Made by a program: the position numbers and the translations under genes. From Utricularia gibba (Eukaryota; Plantae; Magnoliophyta): a stretch of DNA of 64,000 bases. The stretch covers positions 3,968,001 through 4,032,000 of the forward strand of contig NEEC01000002.1 of the NCBI GenBank assembly GCA_002189035.1. The letters run 5' to 3'. Shown here piece after piece: positions 52,291 through 64,000 of this stretch (the stretch's first letter is position 1; each line of letters opens with the position of its first letter). The notes beneath the pieces are model-generated. The model ran no database searches and was not told where the DNA came from. It worked only from the letters and a program-made list of their open reading frames with translations.

Positions 52291-53389
52291 GGAAGACTTA
52301 GAGGTGGGTTCGGTTCCGAACCGTACGGTTTCGGTTCAGAACCGAACGGTTCCAACGAACCATCGGTTCCAAAACCGCGGTTCACTGTAGACAACGGTTC
52401 TGGTTTCGGTTCGGAACCATACAGACGAAACCTTGAACTGAACCGATACCGGAACCGTACGGACGGTTTCAGTTCGGAACCGGAACCGAGATTCGCGAAC
52501 CGAACCGTAACCGGAACCGATTGGTTACTGTTTATAGGTGTTTTCCAGACACCAATATGAATTATTGTGGGTGCTTGTCAGTGAAATTTGTAATAATTAT
52601 TATTTTTTTATATTTAAATATTATCAAACAATATATTTAATAATATTAATTTTTGTATTTAACCAGATATATTATGTAATATACTATATTAATTTATAAA
52701 AAACTATAACTTAAATTACTTGATAAACTATCTCAATAAAATATAATTAAAATCAATATAATTTGTGACTTAAATAAATGAAATAAATAATTAAATTATT
52801 AGTATTTGAATATATATTTGATAAAATTTAATTTTTTAAAACAAATACAATAAGATTACAAATCATATAAAATGAATGGAATTATTATTTATATATTTAT
52901 TTTTTTAAAATGAAGATATTTATATAGTTGTTTTATATAATCTTTTGTAAGTATTGTGTATTTTTCAAATTAAAATAAAATATCATTTATTTCATATATT
53001 TTGGAAACAAAATATTAGAAGGATTAAATATATTGCATTTTCGAAAGTAAGATCACATATTTCACGTTTCTTAATAATCGTTAAAGGTGTCCAGGCTCCA
53101 AAGAAGATCCTAGGCACCCTCAATAACGGATCAGAGTGTCTGGACAACCTCTAACCACAACCCTAATTCTGAGGCTCACGCTGCCCAGGCATTAGAGGCA
53201 CCCTTAGAAATCATTATACGTGCCTCCAAAATGAATTTAAAGGATCACTATTCACTAGAGCATATTTCACACGATGCATATGAGAATTCAACGAATGTAA
53301 CACTAACAACAACATAATTGTCTACTAGAAAAAAAAATCATCAACAAAAATATTTCAACTACATCATAAGTGTTCAAAAGAACTAATAT

Positions 53390-55415
53390 TAGAGGCTCCC
53401 TCTAACAATCTTATAGGCATGCATAATACTCCCATAAGGCATGTCCCTCACGTATGGGAGGCTGTTCTATTCAGTTCTCAATAACATAACTTGGAACATC
53501 ATGAACATACCGTAACCCTTCAAGGAAAGTCTGCATCTCACCATCAACATTTAGTGATGTATCATCCCTATTAGTATGCGAATAGGGACTTGGAAAAACA
53601 GCATTATATTCCTGAAAAATTAATGGTTAGTTTTGATGTGTAACCAAGTGTATGGTAGAGTAGAAAAGCTAAAATGACTTACCGGATTTTTCATTGACTT
53701 GTGAGGCAAATCATCAATCAATAAGGTGTTGTGACAGTCATATCTTGAGTTTAATCCATTGTTGACAGCCCATACACGACTCAACTCCTTCATATAGACC
53801 GTGTTGCTAGGATTGCTGTGAACACGTACACCCGTGTTCGTAGTCATCGTTTGATCCCACACAAAAATGAGTTTATCAAATAATGAAGGTGGAAAGACCC
53901 ATTTAGTGATTGCTTGTAGCTGCTCCCTACAAAATAAATCAATTGCAAGAATTGGCACCATTCTAAATACCAACCAAAAAAAAAGTAACATACGTACCCG
54001 CCACGAGATGACCATAACGCTACATCAAAATTATCCATGCACCACCTAATAAAGTCACGAGCATATGGACGTAGAAAGACTGCATAAATTACACTAAAAA
54101 ACACCTATGATATCTGACAAATCTTGAATGCATATAACACACAAAATAAGTGTTGTGTTAATACCTGATCGGCCATATATAATTTTATCTGGAGGGATTC
54201 GTGACCTTGACGGTCCAGCCCTATACACGATGTCTGCGAGCACACCATTGACATCCAAGATTATCTGCTTTCGTTGAGGCTCAGAGGCAATCAAAGAGGG
54301 TCCGGTATATGCCCAATGGCTCTCATACCAATCCAACTTGGAGCGAAGCTCTTCATTCTCCTTTGTTATAAATTCAAGTATCTCATCTATATCATTGAGA
54401 TCATGTGTGAGCTCGTCCCCTTCAACATCATTACTTTCTTGTGTCCTTTCATTCCTAGACAAATCTTTATTCTTTTGGGATACTCTAGGATTCTTCAACA
54501 CACCACACCAATAACGTTTTGTCCCCGGTGCATCCACAAATGGTGGTAAAATGTCAACAAAACTCCTTTGCATACTGGAGAAAAAGAGTATAAGATCTTG
54601 TACATCCCTCTTGTGCAAGGTATCAAATCCTACAATAAATAAAGATTCATTAACAATAGATTAAACAAAAATATTCAATAAAAATATTAAATATGAGTAA
54701 TTTTGATAAGTCTAAACTCAACAACAATAAATTGAATACACATATTCGAAAAGAGTATTGAAAAAAAATATTCAATAACACTAAACTGTATAAATATATA
54801 CCCAATAAGAATAGATTAAAAAATATTCAATATTCAATAATGATAGACTGAATAAAAATAGATAGAAAAGTATTCAATAAGAATAGATTGAACAAAAATA
54901 CATTGAAAAAAAAAATATTTCTAAAAAATAATGAATAAGAATAGAATAAAAAAATTAACAAACAAATTTAATTAGATTAGATCGAATAAAAGTATAATAA
55001 GAACAGAATAAAATACATTCCTCAAATCCTCTTCTCACATCTGTCACTAGTACCAACCTTTTTTTCCCCTTTAGGGTGTAGTGGTTCTTGTTTGGAGTCC
55101 TAAAGAATACACTCACAGCAAAAAAATAACGAAGTTTCACCTCAAGAGATAACTTCTCACAAAAGCCAACACATATGAGATAAATCTTGGAGTCAAATGA
55201 GATAATGGAATCTCTAAACATTCTAATATTTCTTCTTAAAAGGACAACAATAGTAAGCGCAAACCACAATGAAAATGCTCCGTGCTTAAGGCAAATCCCA
55301 TTGGACCCACACGGTTTGGAATTTCAGTTTCAATCAACTCATCCGGTTCTTTGTCCCAAATCTCATACCCATCTGGTATCAAGAATCTAGTTCTCAATTT
55401 TTCAGAAGTATACAT
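53390..55415 (-). pseudogene. Transposase_28-like plus FCP1/NIF HAD-like fusion gene (copy 2)
   Basis: MYTSEKLRTRFLIP...STEHFHCGLR; ILDVNGVLADI; VFLRPYARDFIRWCMDNFDVALWSS; NTLLIDDLPHKS; VFPSPY...LWEYY; in-frame stops in first and last exons. Confidence 0.85.
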
Positions 55416-56192
55416 CTACAAAACACCCATAGGTATTGTATAAAAAATCAAACTACAATAATTGAACAAGGTATTTCAATTTGGAACATAGATCAGCAAC
55501 CCATGATGGAAAATAAATCACATACTTTGTTTAATTTAAACAACACTCCAAGTAGGTGGTGGGACTGTGGGGGCGTCCGGTCGCTTTCGGCTGGGGGGGG
55601 GGGGGATGGGGGAAAGAGGTAAGAAAATTTTCTTACCGGATGGGTGGGGATTAGGGTTGTCTTAATTGTTAACGTGGGGAGTGGGTAAAGTGGGGACTGG
55701 GGTGGTGATTTGTAGCGCTATGTATGGGTGCGTGAAGAGTTGGTTTAATTACCGAAATCATTAGGTAATGATTACGCGCAATATGTCTCTAGATTCATAG
55801 GTTGTCAGTAATTATTTTTGTTGATTTCAGATGAGAAGTGTCGTAGCTTGAATCGATCCGAACCCACTGTGTAATTTTTTTGGAAATGCTGTTTAATTAC
55901 TCCAATTTTGAGGCACCCAGAGTCGCTAATGTGGGCGTCTGGCACCGTCACCCATAAAATTATATTATCTAGGCATCTGTACCCTAATATTTGGGAATTG
56001 CGCAATTTTAAAAGAAGACTTAATTTTCAAAAACATACCATTGTTTTCGTGCATTAATTGGAATATAAGAAATTGAAAATGAAATTCTTTCATATATCCT
56101 AAATATTATAAAAAAAATTAAATGACATGTTAATTAAACATTGAAATAAAATTTCAGTAAATAAAAAATTTTCATGTGTCGTTTAGACCATC

Positions 56193-56615
56193 TTCCAGAC
56201 ACCCATATTGTCTCGTGTGGGTGTCTGGAAAGACAGTGGGATACCCTTTTCAAGGCACCCATAATGCCTCGCGTGGGTGTTTGGGAAGAGTGGACGAGAC
56301 CATTTGCAGGCACCTATATTTGCTCATATGGGTGTATGGGAGTATGCAACCATATTCCAGGCACTCTATCTTTAGGAACGATAAGGATCGAGTCCATTAT
56401 TTATTTGATTTAAAAATATTGCACTCTATCCTTATGTTTTCTAAGGATCGAATATCAGTGTATAATAAAAAAATGCATTCTATATTTAGGAACAATAAGG
56501 ATCGAGTGTATTATTTATTTGACTTGAAAATATTGCACTCTATCCTTATGTTCGATCCGTATGAGTGCAACCCTATTCCAGGCACCCACATTTGCGCATG
56601 TGGGTGTCTGGTAAG
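56193..56615. repeat. Array of palindromic TTCCAGRCACCCA-N12-TGGGTGTCTGGAA units plus a duplicated internal block
   Basis: Perfect 13-bp inverted repeat 56193-56230; related units at ~56250, ~56305, 56576-56613; block 56362-56440 repeated at 56477-56560. Confidence 0.85.
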
Positions 56616-56649
56616 GATGTATCCAAAGGTTTTGGTAAGTGCCCGGATC

Positions 56650-57665
56650 ATATAATTTTAATGAAAGACATGAATACAACGTACTTCATCTTCATACAAA
56701 GTAATAGTACTTCATAAAGCATTTGAAGTAATAGGATTCATGCTACTTTTCAAAATGTCAATAGCATTTGTATTTGTAGAGGCATTAGCCAAAGAAATAG
56801 AAAAAAATCCTATCAGATATTCTATAAAATGCTGTGACCTTTTCAATGATTTTAGCCATAGAAAAACCATTATGTGGTGATGGTTATTCTTGAAAAGCTA
56901 AAATTCATTTTTGCTTACACCAAGAATTATCTACCCAAGAACATGTAATAACAATATAACTCTCATTATTACAACCTTTCCAACCATCACAAGTCAAATA
57001 AAAATTACATTGTAGAGATTTAAAAGTAGAAATTAAAGAGTCACGCATGTTTTTAAAATCCTCAAGTGTCATATGATGCAAGGTTTTCCTAGAAAAATTT
57101 TTGTATCCCGGTTGAGCTTGTTTCAACATATCATTAAAAGAAGATTTTTCAACTAATGAAAAAGGAAGTTCATTAAGTATCAAATAACGGACCACACTTA
57201 CTTGAAAAGGTTTATAATTAAAAACAAAATTAGATAATCCCACACTATTATCACCCCCTAAACATAATCTAGTCTGACGAAACTGTGGTTATTTATCATT
57301 ATGCTTCTCCCTAACATGCCTCTTATATGTACCGGTTCCCCAACCTTTTTTGAAAGTATACTCTTTACCCCAATGTTTACAACAAATTTTTTCGGGATTA
57401 GAAACAACAAAATGCTCTCCAACATCCAAAGAATCATCACTAGAATTTTTGATCTTTTACGAAAAAGAAGACTTGATGAGGTTGAAGAACCCACTTCTTG
57501 AGTACTAGAAAAATCATCATGTTTGGGTAAGGGACCACATTCAAGCTCTTGTAAAAATTGAAGGTCTTCCCCAAAAGAAAATTCTCTATCATTTTCAAAA
57601 ACGCAAGGTATAGTAGAATCAGCTTGAGAAGCTTGAGAAGAATTTTTTAAATCAAACCTCTCCAT
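56650..57665 (-). pseudogene. hAT transposase N-terminal half
   Basis: LILNELPFSLVE...FSRKTL...LTCDGWKG...YIVITCSWVDNSW; ends just after a VRCIH (CxxH-like) motif. Confidence 0.88.
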
Positions 57666-58729
57666 GTTGTAAAAAATAAAAAAAAACCTGTTACCCTGCA
57701 GGCCTCACCAATGTCGTCCAAGTGGAAATTTGAAATTCGATACTTCAGAATATCTACAATTACGAGTTGTATGTAGAAGTTGAAATAGAATTATTTCTGG
57801 TAATGAGTGATGAGATAATAAGAGGAAGTAATGGAAAACTATAAGACAGCCATATCATATATATAGATAAATTTTTTATTAAATTAATAGCAACGGATAC
57901 TTTCAAAACCATGTGCAACTCCACAGTGTGCACAGTCACAAATGCATTTACTAGCCATTGAGATTAATATATACATAAAAAATATATTTTAAATATGATG
58001 CTGCCACGGTAGTTTTCACATGAATATTTTAAATATATATTTATGTTTAAATATGCATTGTGCTACCAATATAGATAAATTAGAGATATTAGCAATGCAT
58101 AACTACTTATTGAGAAAAATATGTAGATAATGAAATTTTAAAATATTTATTTGGTTGAACTATCGAAATTATTCAATAAATTTGAGTAATTTAGTATTTT
58201 TCTATTGAAGTTATACATTTTATATTTATTAATTTCATTCTAATTTTATAATTTATAGTATATAAATAAATGAAATAAATTATTAAAGTGATAAAATTAT
58301 CAGTAATTGAAAACATATATAATAAAATTACATTTTTTCAGACATCAACATTAGCTTGTGAGTGTTCAGGAAGAACATCTGAAAGACACAGACCATTCCT
58401 GGCCACCTGCATTTACTCATGCCTCATGTAAGAGTGTCATGAGGGCACTTGAAATCATTTTCCAGGCACCCACATCTATCGTCAGCATGTCTAAGAAGGG
58501 ATGTTTCAGAAGATTTTCCAGGCACCCACTTCCATCGTATGGGTGTCTGAAATCATATACATTTATTTATTTTTTTAATTTTTTAAATTTTTTAAATTTT
58601 TTTTATTTTTTTCGGTTCCAAACTGACGGTTTCGGTTCGGAAACGTGAACATTACGGTTCATACACGGGTCGGAACCCTCGGTTCCACGGTTCCAAATTT
58701 GCCGAACTGAACCCACCTCTAGGAAGACT

Positions 58730-59680
58730 TTCGAATGTAAATTGGAATGTTTAAAGTCACCAAGAGCTATTTGTCGACAACATATATTAGCGTTAAAATC
58801 TAGGATCCAATCAAATCCAAAGTTATGAAAAATATTTGAATTCGTATATGCAAAATCACCATTGCCTATAGTGTCAATATTGGATGTAATATTATCGAAT
58901 ATAGAGCTTGTCTTTCATTCAGTCCATAAGGAGTGAACAAGTGCAACGAAGTCAAGTGGTAGTGTGCCAAGAGTATTAGTCACGCTGTGGTATTTGGGAC
59001 CATCTACACAACAATAGGTACACCACACACATTGTGAGTCCCCTGATGGAGGGTGATGTACATACTTTGGCAGCTAAAGCATTTTTCGTGACCATGAAAA
59101 AGTTGGATATTGAATTAATCATTGTTAAATTTTTATGACATTCACAAGTGAGTGCATGATGATAGTCTTCATTAAGATACAAATAAGAAGTGATTTTTTG
59201 ACTATTGAATAAATCATATGAAGTGTTAAAAATTAAATATAAATTATTGGAGGTGTTTAGAGTACTCTCTAGAATGAAATTGGTCTCCAAATTCTTCGAT
59301 AGTCAAAGTCAAGAGTTTAAGTGAATTCAATTGATTCTCAATTTGTTTAACTTTGCATAGTATGTCACAATTGAATCTCCTCATTGAACCTAAGTTTGTA
59401 ATTCATCTCTAAGATGAAAGATCTGAGGTTCTACTGAAGACACAAAATGCCGATCAATTTCTTCCCATAACTCTTGTGCAGTATTGATATAGACAAAAAC
59501 CTCAAAAAATTATTTTCCTTAGAATTCAAGAATAATGATATAGCATAGAAATTTTATTGTTACCTTTGTGATACTTTTTGGTTGATTCCTCCCATCTTCC
59601 AAGTGCAACGACTTCCATACCAATAGATCTATTGGGCAAGATTAATGGAGTTGTTGTAACATAGATATGACTGAGTCAAT
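58730..59680 (-). mobile_element. Old copia gag/RT remnant, right part
   Basis: TAQELWEE..., IFHLRDEL-like gag residues followed by degenerate RT; collinear with 51460-52290 across the hAT. Confidence 0.6.
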
Positions 59681-60479
59681 TGGGCCCACCTAATTCTATA
59701 CACACAATTTTCAATCATGCCACCTAATTATGACCATCGAGATGATTCAAAACAAAGGAAGAAGAGCCAAACACATATGAGGTTTATTTGACAATATAAC
59801 AATAGTGTAAAACAACAAAGTAAATCATTATTTCTCTAATATTTTTAAGCATTCAATAAGATTAATAAATAGAAAATGGAGATTTCTTATTGATCACAAT
59901 ACATGCTTATATATATGATGTTCATAACTATAATTAAGAAAATATCTTATACTATGATATATACTATATATACTACTTACCATGTATACTACCTATAAAT
60001 ATAGTAAAAATCATAATTATAATATTTATGGTAATAAATATTATAACATAGATAGCAAGACAATAGATATGCCATCAATCTCATACCATGCAAACATCTT
60101 TCACATATAAAGACATTGATATAGGAAAGTTATCAAATTGATAACATCCGATGGCATCATTGATCGAGTGTCAATGAGTAATGAGAATTTCATTTTATAA
60201 TACAAACAAAAAAAGTTAATTATCAAAAACTTGTACTCAAAAGCAAATAAAGCAATTGTCTGTACACAAATAAATCAAATAAATATTCACCTCATGCCTC
60301 TTGATAATTTAAACTTATCAAAACACAACTCTTTGTGTTAAATTCTAAAAGTCCAATATATTGCATGCATGCTAGTCTTCAAGAGTTCATGATAAAAATA
60401 AAAAATAAATGTATCATTCCATTGTGATCAATGTATCAACACTTGTCACAAGGAATAAAGATATCTAGAGAGTAGTACT

Positions 60480-61190
60480 GATGATCAAATGTTAATGCCA
60501 CTCCCATGATAGGTGGAGGGGTTTATGGAGAGAGTGGGTGTAATTCTCTTGAACTGCAAGATGCCACTTGTAATATAGATAGAGCTGTTTCTCTTCTTCT
60601 TTTATACAGCTTCACGTTGCAAGAATTTTTGTATGTTATTGGCTCTTGCTGCAGAGTTTTCGTAATAATGTACTCCCTCGAGACCTGTTGCCACTTTCCT
60701 CTTCCACACTCCTCCAATCCATGCATAAATCATCCACAACAGAAAAAAAAAAATGGAATAGTGACATCAGCACAACTGACTCCAGCCCACCAATGGGTCA
60801 CTTACAACATGCACTCCACATTTTCGTTACAGAAGAGTTGACACGGAACCAAAAGGCAATCTAACAAGTTTATTGAGTATGAACTTATGCTTCTCATCAA
60901 ACTAGGTGATTCCTTTTCCTCTTTGTCTTTGCTCTTTTCTTTCTTCAAATGATGCCTCTTGTTCTATGCTCATTCTCAAGAACCTCGAAACCTCCTCCCA
61001 AATGTAGAATTCTATGACAGTGCCACCTCCATGCGTAAATTGGCTCATTGGACTTGGACTCTCCAAACTAACAACTATGGGTGTTTGACCACTACCGCCT
61101 CCAACCCAACCGCCATTCTAATGTAGAAAGCTTGAAGCATGACCTTCATAAATCGCTTGCTGTTGAACTTGTAGGTTGTATGGTTCTTGC
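60480..61190 (-). pseudogene. SHAQKYF-class (DIVARICATA-like) MYB pseudogene
   Basis: RGKGIT*FDEKHK|intron|FMHGLEECGRGKWQQVSREYIITKT...NIQKFL...KKKRNSSI; Trp codon converted to TAG at 60902-60904; donor at 60884; acceptor apparently mutated. Confidence 0.75.
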
Positions 61191-62413
61191 ATTTTCAACA
61201 GAAAATATAATAGGAAATAAGTTGAACAATCATTAATCATATAATACATCAATTGAAATTTACCCAAATATGCTCGATACAAATCTTTTTCTATTGGAGA
61301 GCAAAAACAACAAATCTAATGTATAACATAGAAAAAAAAGCTAGGTTTTAAAAGCCATAAAATGGAGCCAAAGAAATCAAGCAGCGAGAAGAATGGAAAA
61401 TGACCAGAGAAGAGATAAAATGCACTTGGAAGGAGTTTGGAGATAAGATGCAAAGAGAAACCAAAAAAGTAGTAGCAAAAAAATGAAGAGAAAGTAAGGC
61501 ACCAAGATTCTCGTAGGCTTTTTTAACCTCTCCTTTTCGTTTTTGCACACCCAACTTTCACTAAATTAAGGATTTTTGCAAAGTTAATAAATGTTTTCGA
61601 AAAGCCACCGGAAAGCCACGTTAGTATTTCCTCAAATATTTAAAGATGCTCTTATTGAATGGGACTAGTTGGAACATTTTAAGGAGAGCATAGAAAATAT
61701 TTTCCCTCCTCTATAACACCTACTTGCTAGTGGAAGATGCAATACTTGACAATTAGGGACAATGGGTATGCATCTTTGGAATGACAACTAGAGGTGCAAG
61801 CCATCTAGCCAAGTGAAGTTTGATGTTTCCTCTAGTTTTAAATTGAGCTTTACACTCATGTTTATGTATCCCTCTTAATTTGTCAATCATAATTCTTCAT
61901 CTCTGTAACACGATCAACTAGGTCTCCCAAAAAGTTGTAATTCGGCCTTCTCCCTAGTAAGCATAGCCAAGGACCATCTTCGTGCAACAACATTAGAGAT
62001 TTTCATTGTTGGTGTCAAGATAGTGAGCATAGGCACCTCACTTGTAGGAACTTCTTTTGGGCGTAATGCACTTTAACATGGAAATTCACATATGTATATG
62101 TCCAAATAGTGGGAACTAAAATTACCTAATATGTAGAAATGTTGAGAACCAATTTTTCCATCAAGACTAAATTTACAATTTTGACCAAATAATGAGAACT
62201 AATTTCACCATTACAGAAAATTATGAGGATTATTGGCATCAAAGCCTATCAAATTCAGATTCAACAGATTTTGCATTTTGTTGTACCATGTGAAATTTTT
62301 TTAATGTGCCTGATTTGGGTATCTATTGGCCCATTGGGTAATCGTGTGAAATGAAAACCTTAAACAGAGGCCCGGCCTGCGCAAAGAATCCCTTCAGTGT
62401 AATTGTGGCAAAA

Positions 62414-63165
62414 ATGCTCGGTATCGCAGCATCAGCGGCTTGTGTTGTCGTTCCTCCCATCCGCCTCAGCGTGTTCAGGATGTCGTCAGCCGTCGCTTCT
62501 GCTAATATCATCGAACACGTCGTCCTCTTCAAAGTCAAACAGGACGCCGATCGGCCGCCGTGGGTGCGATGCTCAGCAACCTCAATTCTCTTGTCTCTCT
62601 CGACCCCGTCCTCCATCTCTCCGCCGGTCCTGTTTCTCGCTGCCGAAGCCGGTCTAATCTCACCTTCACCCACATGCTCCACTCTCGGTACAAATCCGCA
62701 TCCGATTTGGTCGCCTATGCCCAACACCCCACTCACGTGGGCGTTGTCGCAAACTACGTCAAGCCGGTGGTCGATGACGTTATGGCCGTCGATTGGATCG
62801 CCGAGGACTTCACTGGTTCCCCTGTGCTTACTCCTGGGTCGATCTTGCGGCTCACTGCCTTGAAGCTTAAGGAAGACACCACGCAGATAGGTAAAAGCGA
62901 GGTTTTGAGGGTTACGCGGGGAATTCGGGACAAGTTCCCGTCAATTGAACAGTTGACAGCAGGGGAGAACTTCTCACCTGATAGAGCCAAAGGGTTTTCC
63001 ATCTGCTCCATTGCAGTTTTCAAGGGAGGAAGGGAACTGGAGGCATTGGATTCGGAGGAGGAAGCAGTCAACGAGGAGAAGAACAAGGTGAGGGAGTTCC
63101 TCGACAGCGTTGTGGTGTTGGATTACCCGGTGGCGCTGGCAGCAAACCCGTCGGCAAGCCTATAG
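62414..63165 (+). CDS. UP3: Stress-response A/B barrel (double Dabb) protein, UP3-like; apparent -1 frameshift at ~62552
   Basis: IIEHVVLFKVK...FTHMLHSRY...HPTHV...DDVMAVDW...GENFSPDRAKGFSI; N-terminal extension; C-terminus ASL. Confidence 0.85.
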
Positions 63166-63447
63166 CCAGCGATTGCAACCAGCACATGCCATTTCTCATG
63201 CTTTCATCCCCAATTACGTCCATGTGATAAATAACGAACATCAATATGTTTCTAATTGCAGTGTCTTCCTTCGTCATATAAAAATAATAGACATATCGAA
63301 CTTTTTTTTTCTAATAGAAGCAGTGCAGTCATTCCGGTGTTCAACAGATAATCCAATTATGATCACAAGAACTCTACATACAAACCAGCAAGTATACGAA
63401 GCAAATAACTATTTCGCATATGAGCACTGGCTTGCTCAGTCTCGCAC

Positions 63448-63800
63448 TTACCTAGTCAGGTAGTATATCACAAGAAAAAAAACCACAAAAGACACCACTA
63501 GCATAAACGTTCTGCGGTTTGATTTGGTCTCAAAAACCTGCATGGACAACAAATTGGATTCCGCAAAATGCCTGAGTTGAAAACAATAAGAAGTTCAAGA
63601 TTGGTTGAAGTTACCATCTTAAATTTATCAAATGTTCCTGACAAAACTCCTCTGGAGGCATCCATATCGTTTCCCTGAACAATATGTGCAAAATCGTAGT
63701 AAACCCACTAAAAGGAATTGGATAAACTTAAGCAACTACATACCATTCTGTCAAGCATGCGATTGTGGACCTCAACCTCTTCGTTTATGTCACCAGAAAG
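63448..63800 (-). CDS. BET1: BET1-like Qc-SNARE, last three exons (63744-63800, 63615-63674, 63448-63537); 5' part lies outside the window
   Basis: LSGDINEEVEVHNRMLDRM|GNDMDASRGVLSGTFDKFKM|VFETKSNRRTFMLVVSFVVFFLVIYYLTR*; all GT-AG, phase 0. Confidence 0.93.
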
Positions 63801-64000
63801 CTGTTCAAGAAATGCGTCCTCAGCATCAAAGCCAACTTGCGTTACCCAAAAAATGACCTATTTCTAAACATACTAGGAAATCCACCTTGCTATACAGTAC
63901 ACATGGTGTACATATATTTATTGAGTGTTAATTGCAACTGCGTTTTAATAGATCAATCAAAATATAAATCTCTTTCTTTCATGGAAAAAAACTCAATGTA

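Larger units (their letters stand above)
52299..58721 (-). mobile_element. hAT element with intact ends, truncated transposase and a carried gene
   Basis: TIR TAGAGGTGGGTTC(G/A)GTTC at both ends; perfect 8-bp TSD GGAAGACT (52291-52298, 58722-58729); GGTTC/GAACC subterminal motifs. Confidence 0.95.

Noticed and set aside
52279-52560. 93-aa GSEP-rich ORF
   Set aside because: It is a translation of the hAT GGTTC/GAACC subterminal motifs
56176-56655. 159-aa ORF as a gene
   Set aside because: It is composed entirely of the palindromic and duplicated repeat units

Overview
AT-rich dicot-like plant nuclear DNA, about three quarters transposon-derived. 1-16.1 kb is a nested Ty3/gypsy block: a rearranged Athila-like element, a spliced host-gene fragment, and a Tat/Retand-like element with an extra RNase H and an antisense gene, plus two solo LTRs. 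Further along are Ty1/copia remnants, a GT47/exostosin gene, a Mutator-like element (27919-35884; TIRs, 9-bp TSD), a LINE remnant, an 18S rRNA fragment, a Tubby fragment, a degenerate hAT, a hAT with intact termini (52299-58721; TIRs, perfect 8-bp TSD), a SHAQKYF-MYB pseudogene, a Dabb/UP3-like gene and the 3' exons of a BET1-like SNARE. The main finding is that the MULE and the hAT each carry a diverged copy of the same multi-exon fusion gene: a Transposase_28-like N-terminus, a short coiled coil and an FCP1/NIF-type HAD phosphatase-like domain, with shared intron positions. In the MULE it lies divergent to mudrA and is associated with two tandem arrays sharing an ACYGTAAT...ATTACRGT hairpin core, a layout reminiscent of accessory (e.g. 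anti-silencing) genes of VANDAL-type MULEs. Both copies here are decayed, so any function is a hypothesis. All family assignments come from motif recognition by eye; no database searches were run.
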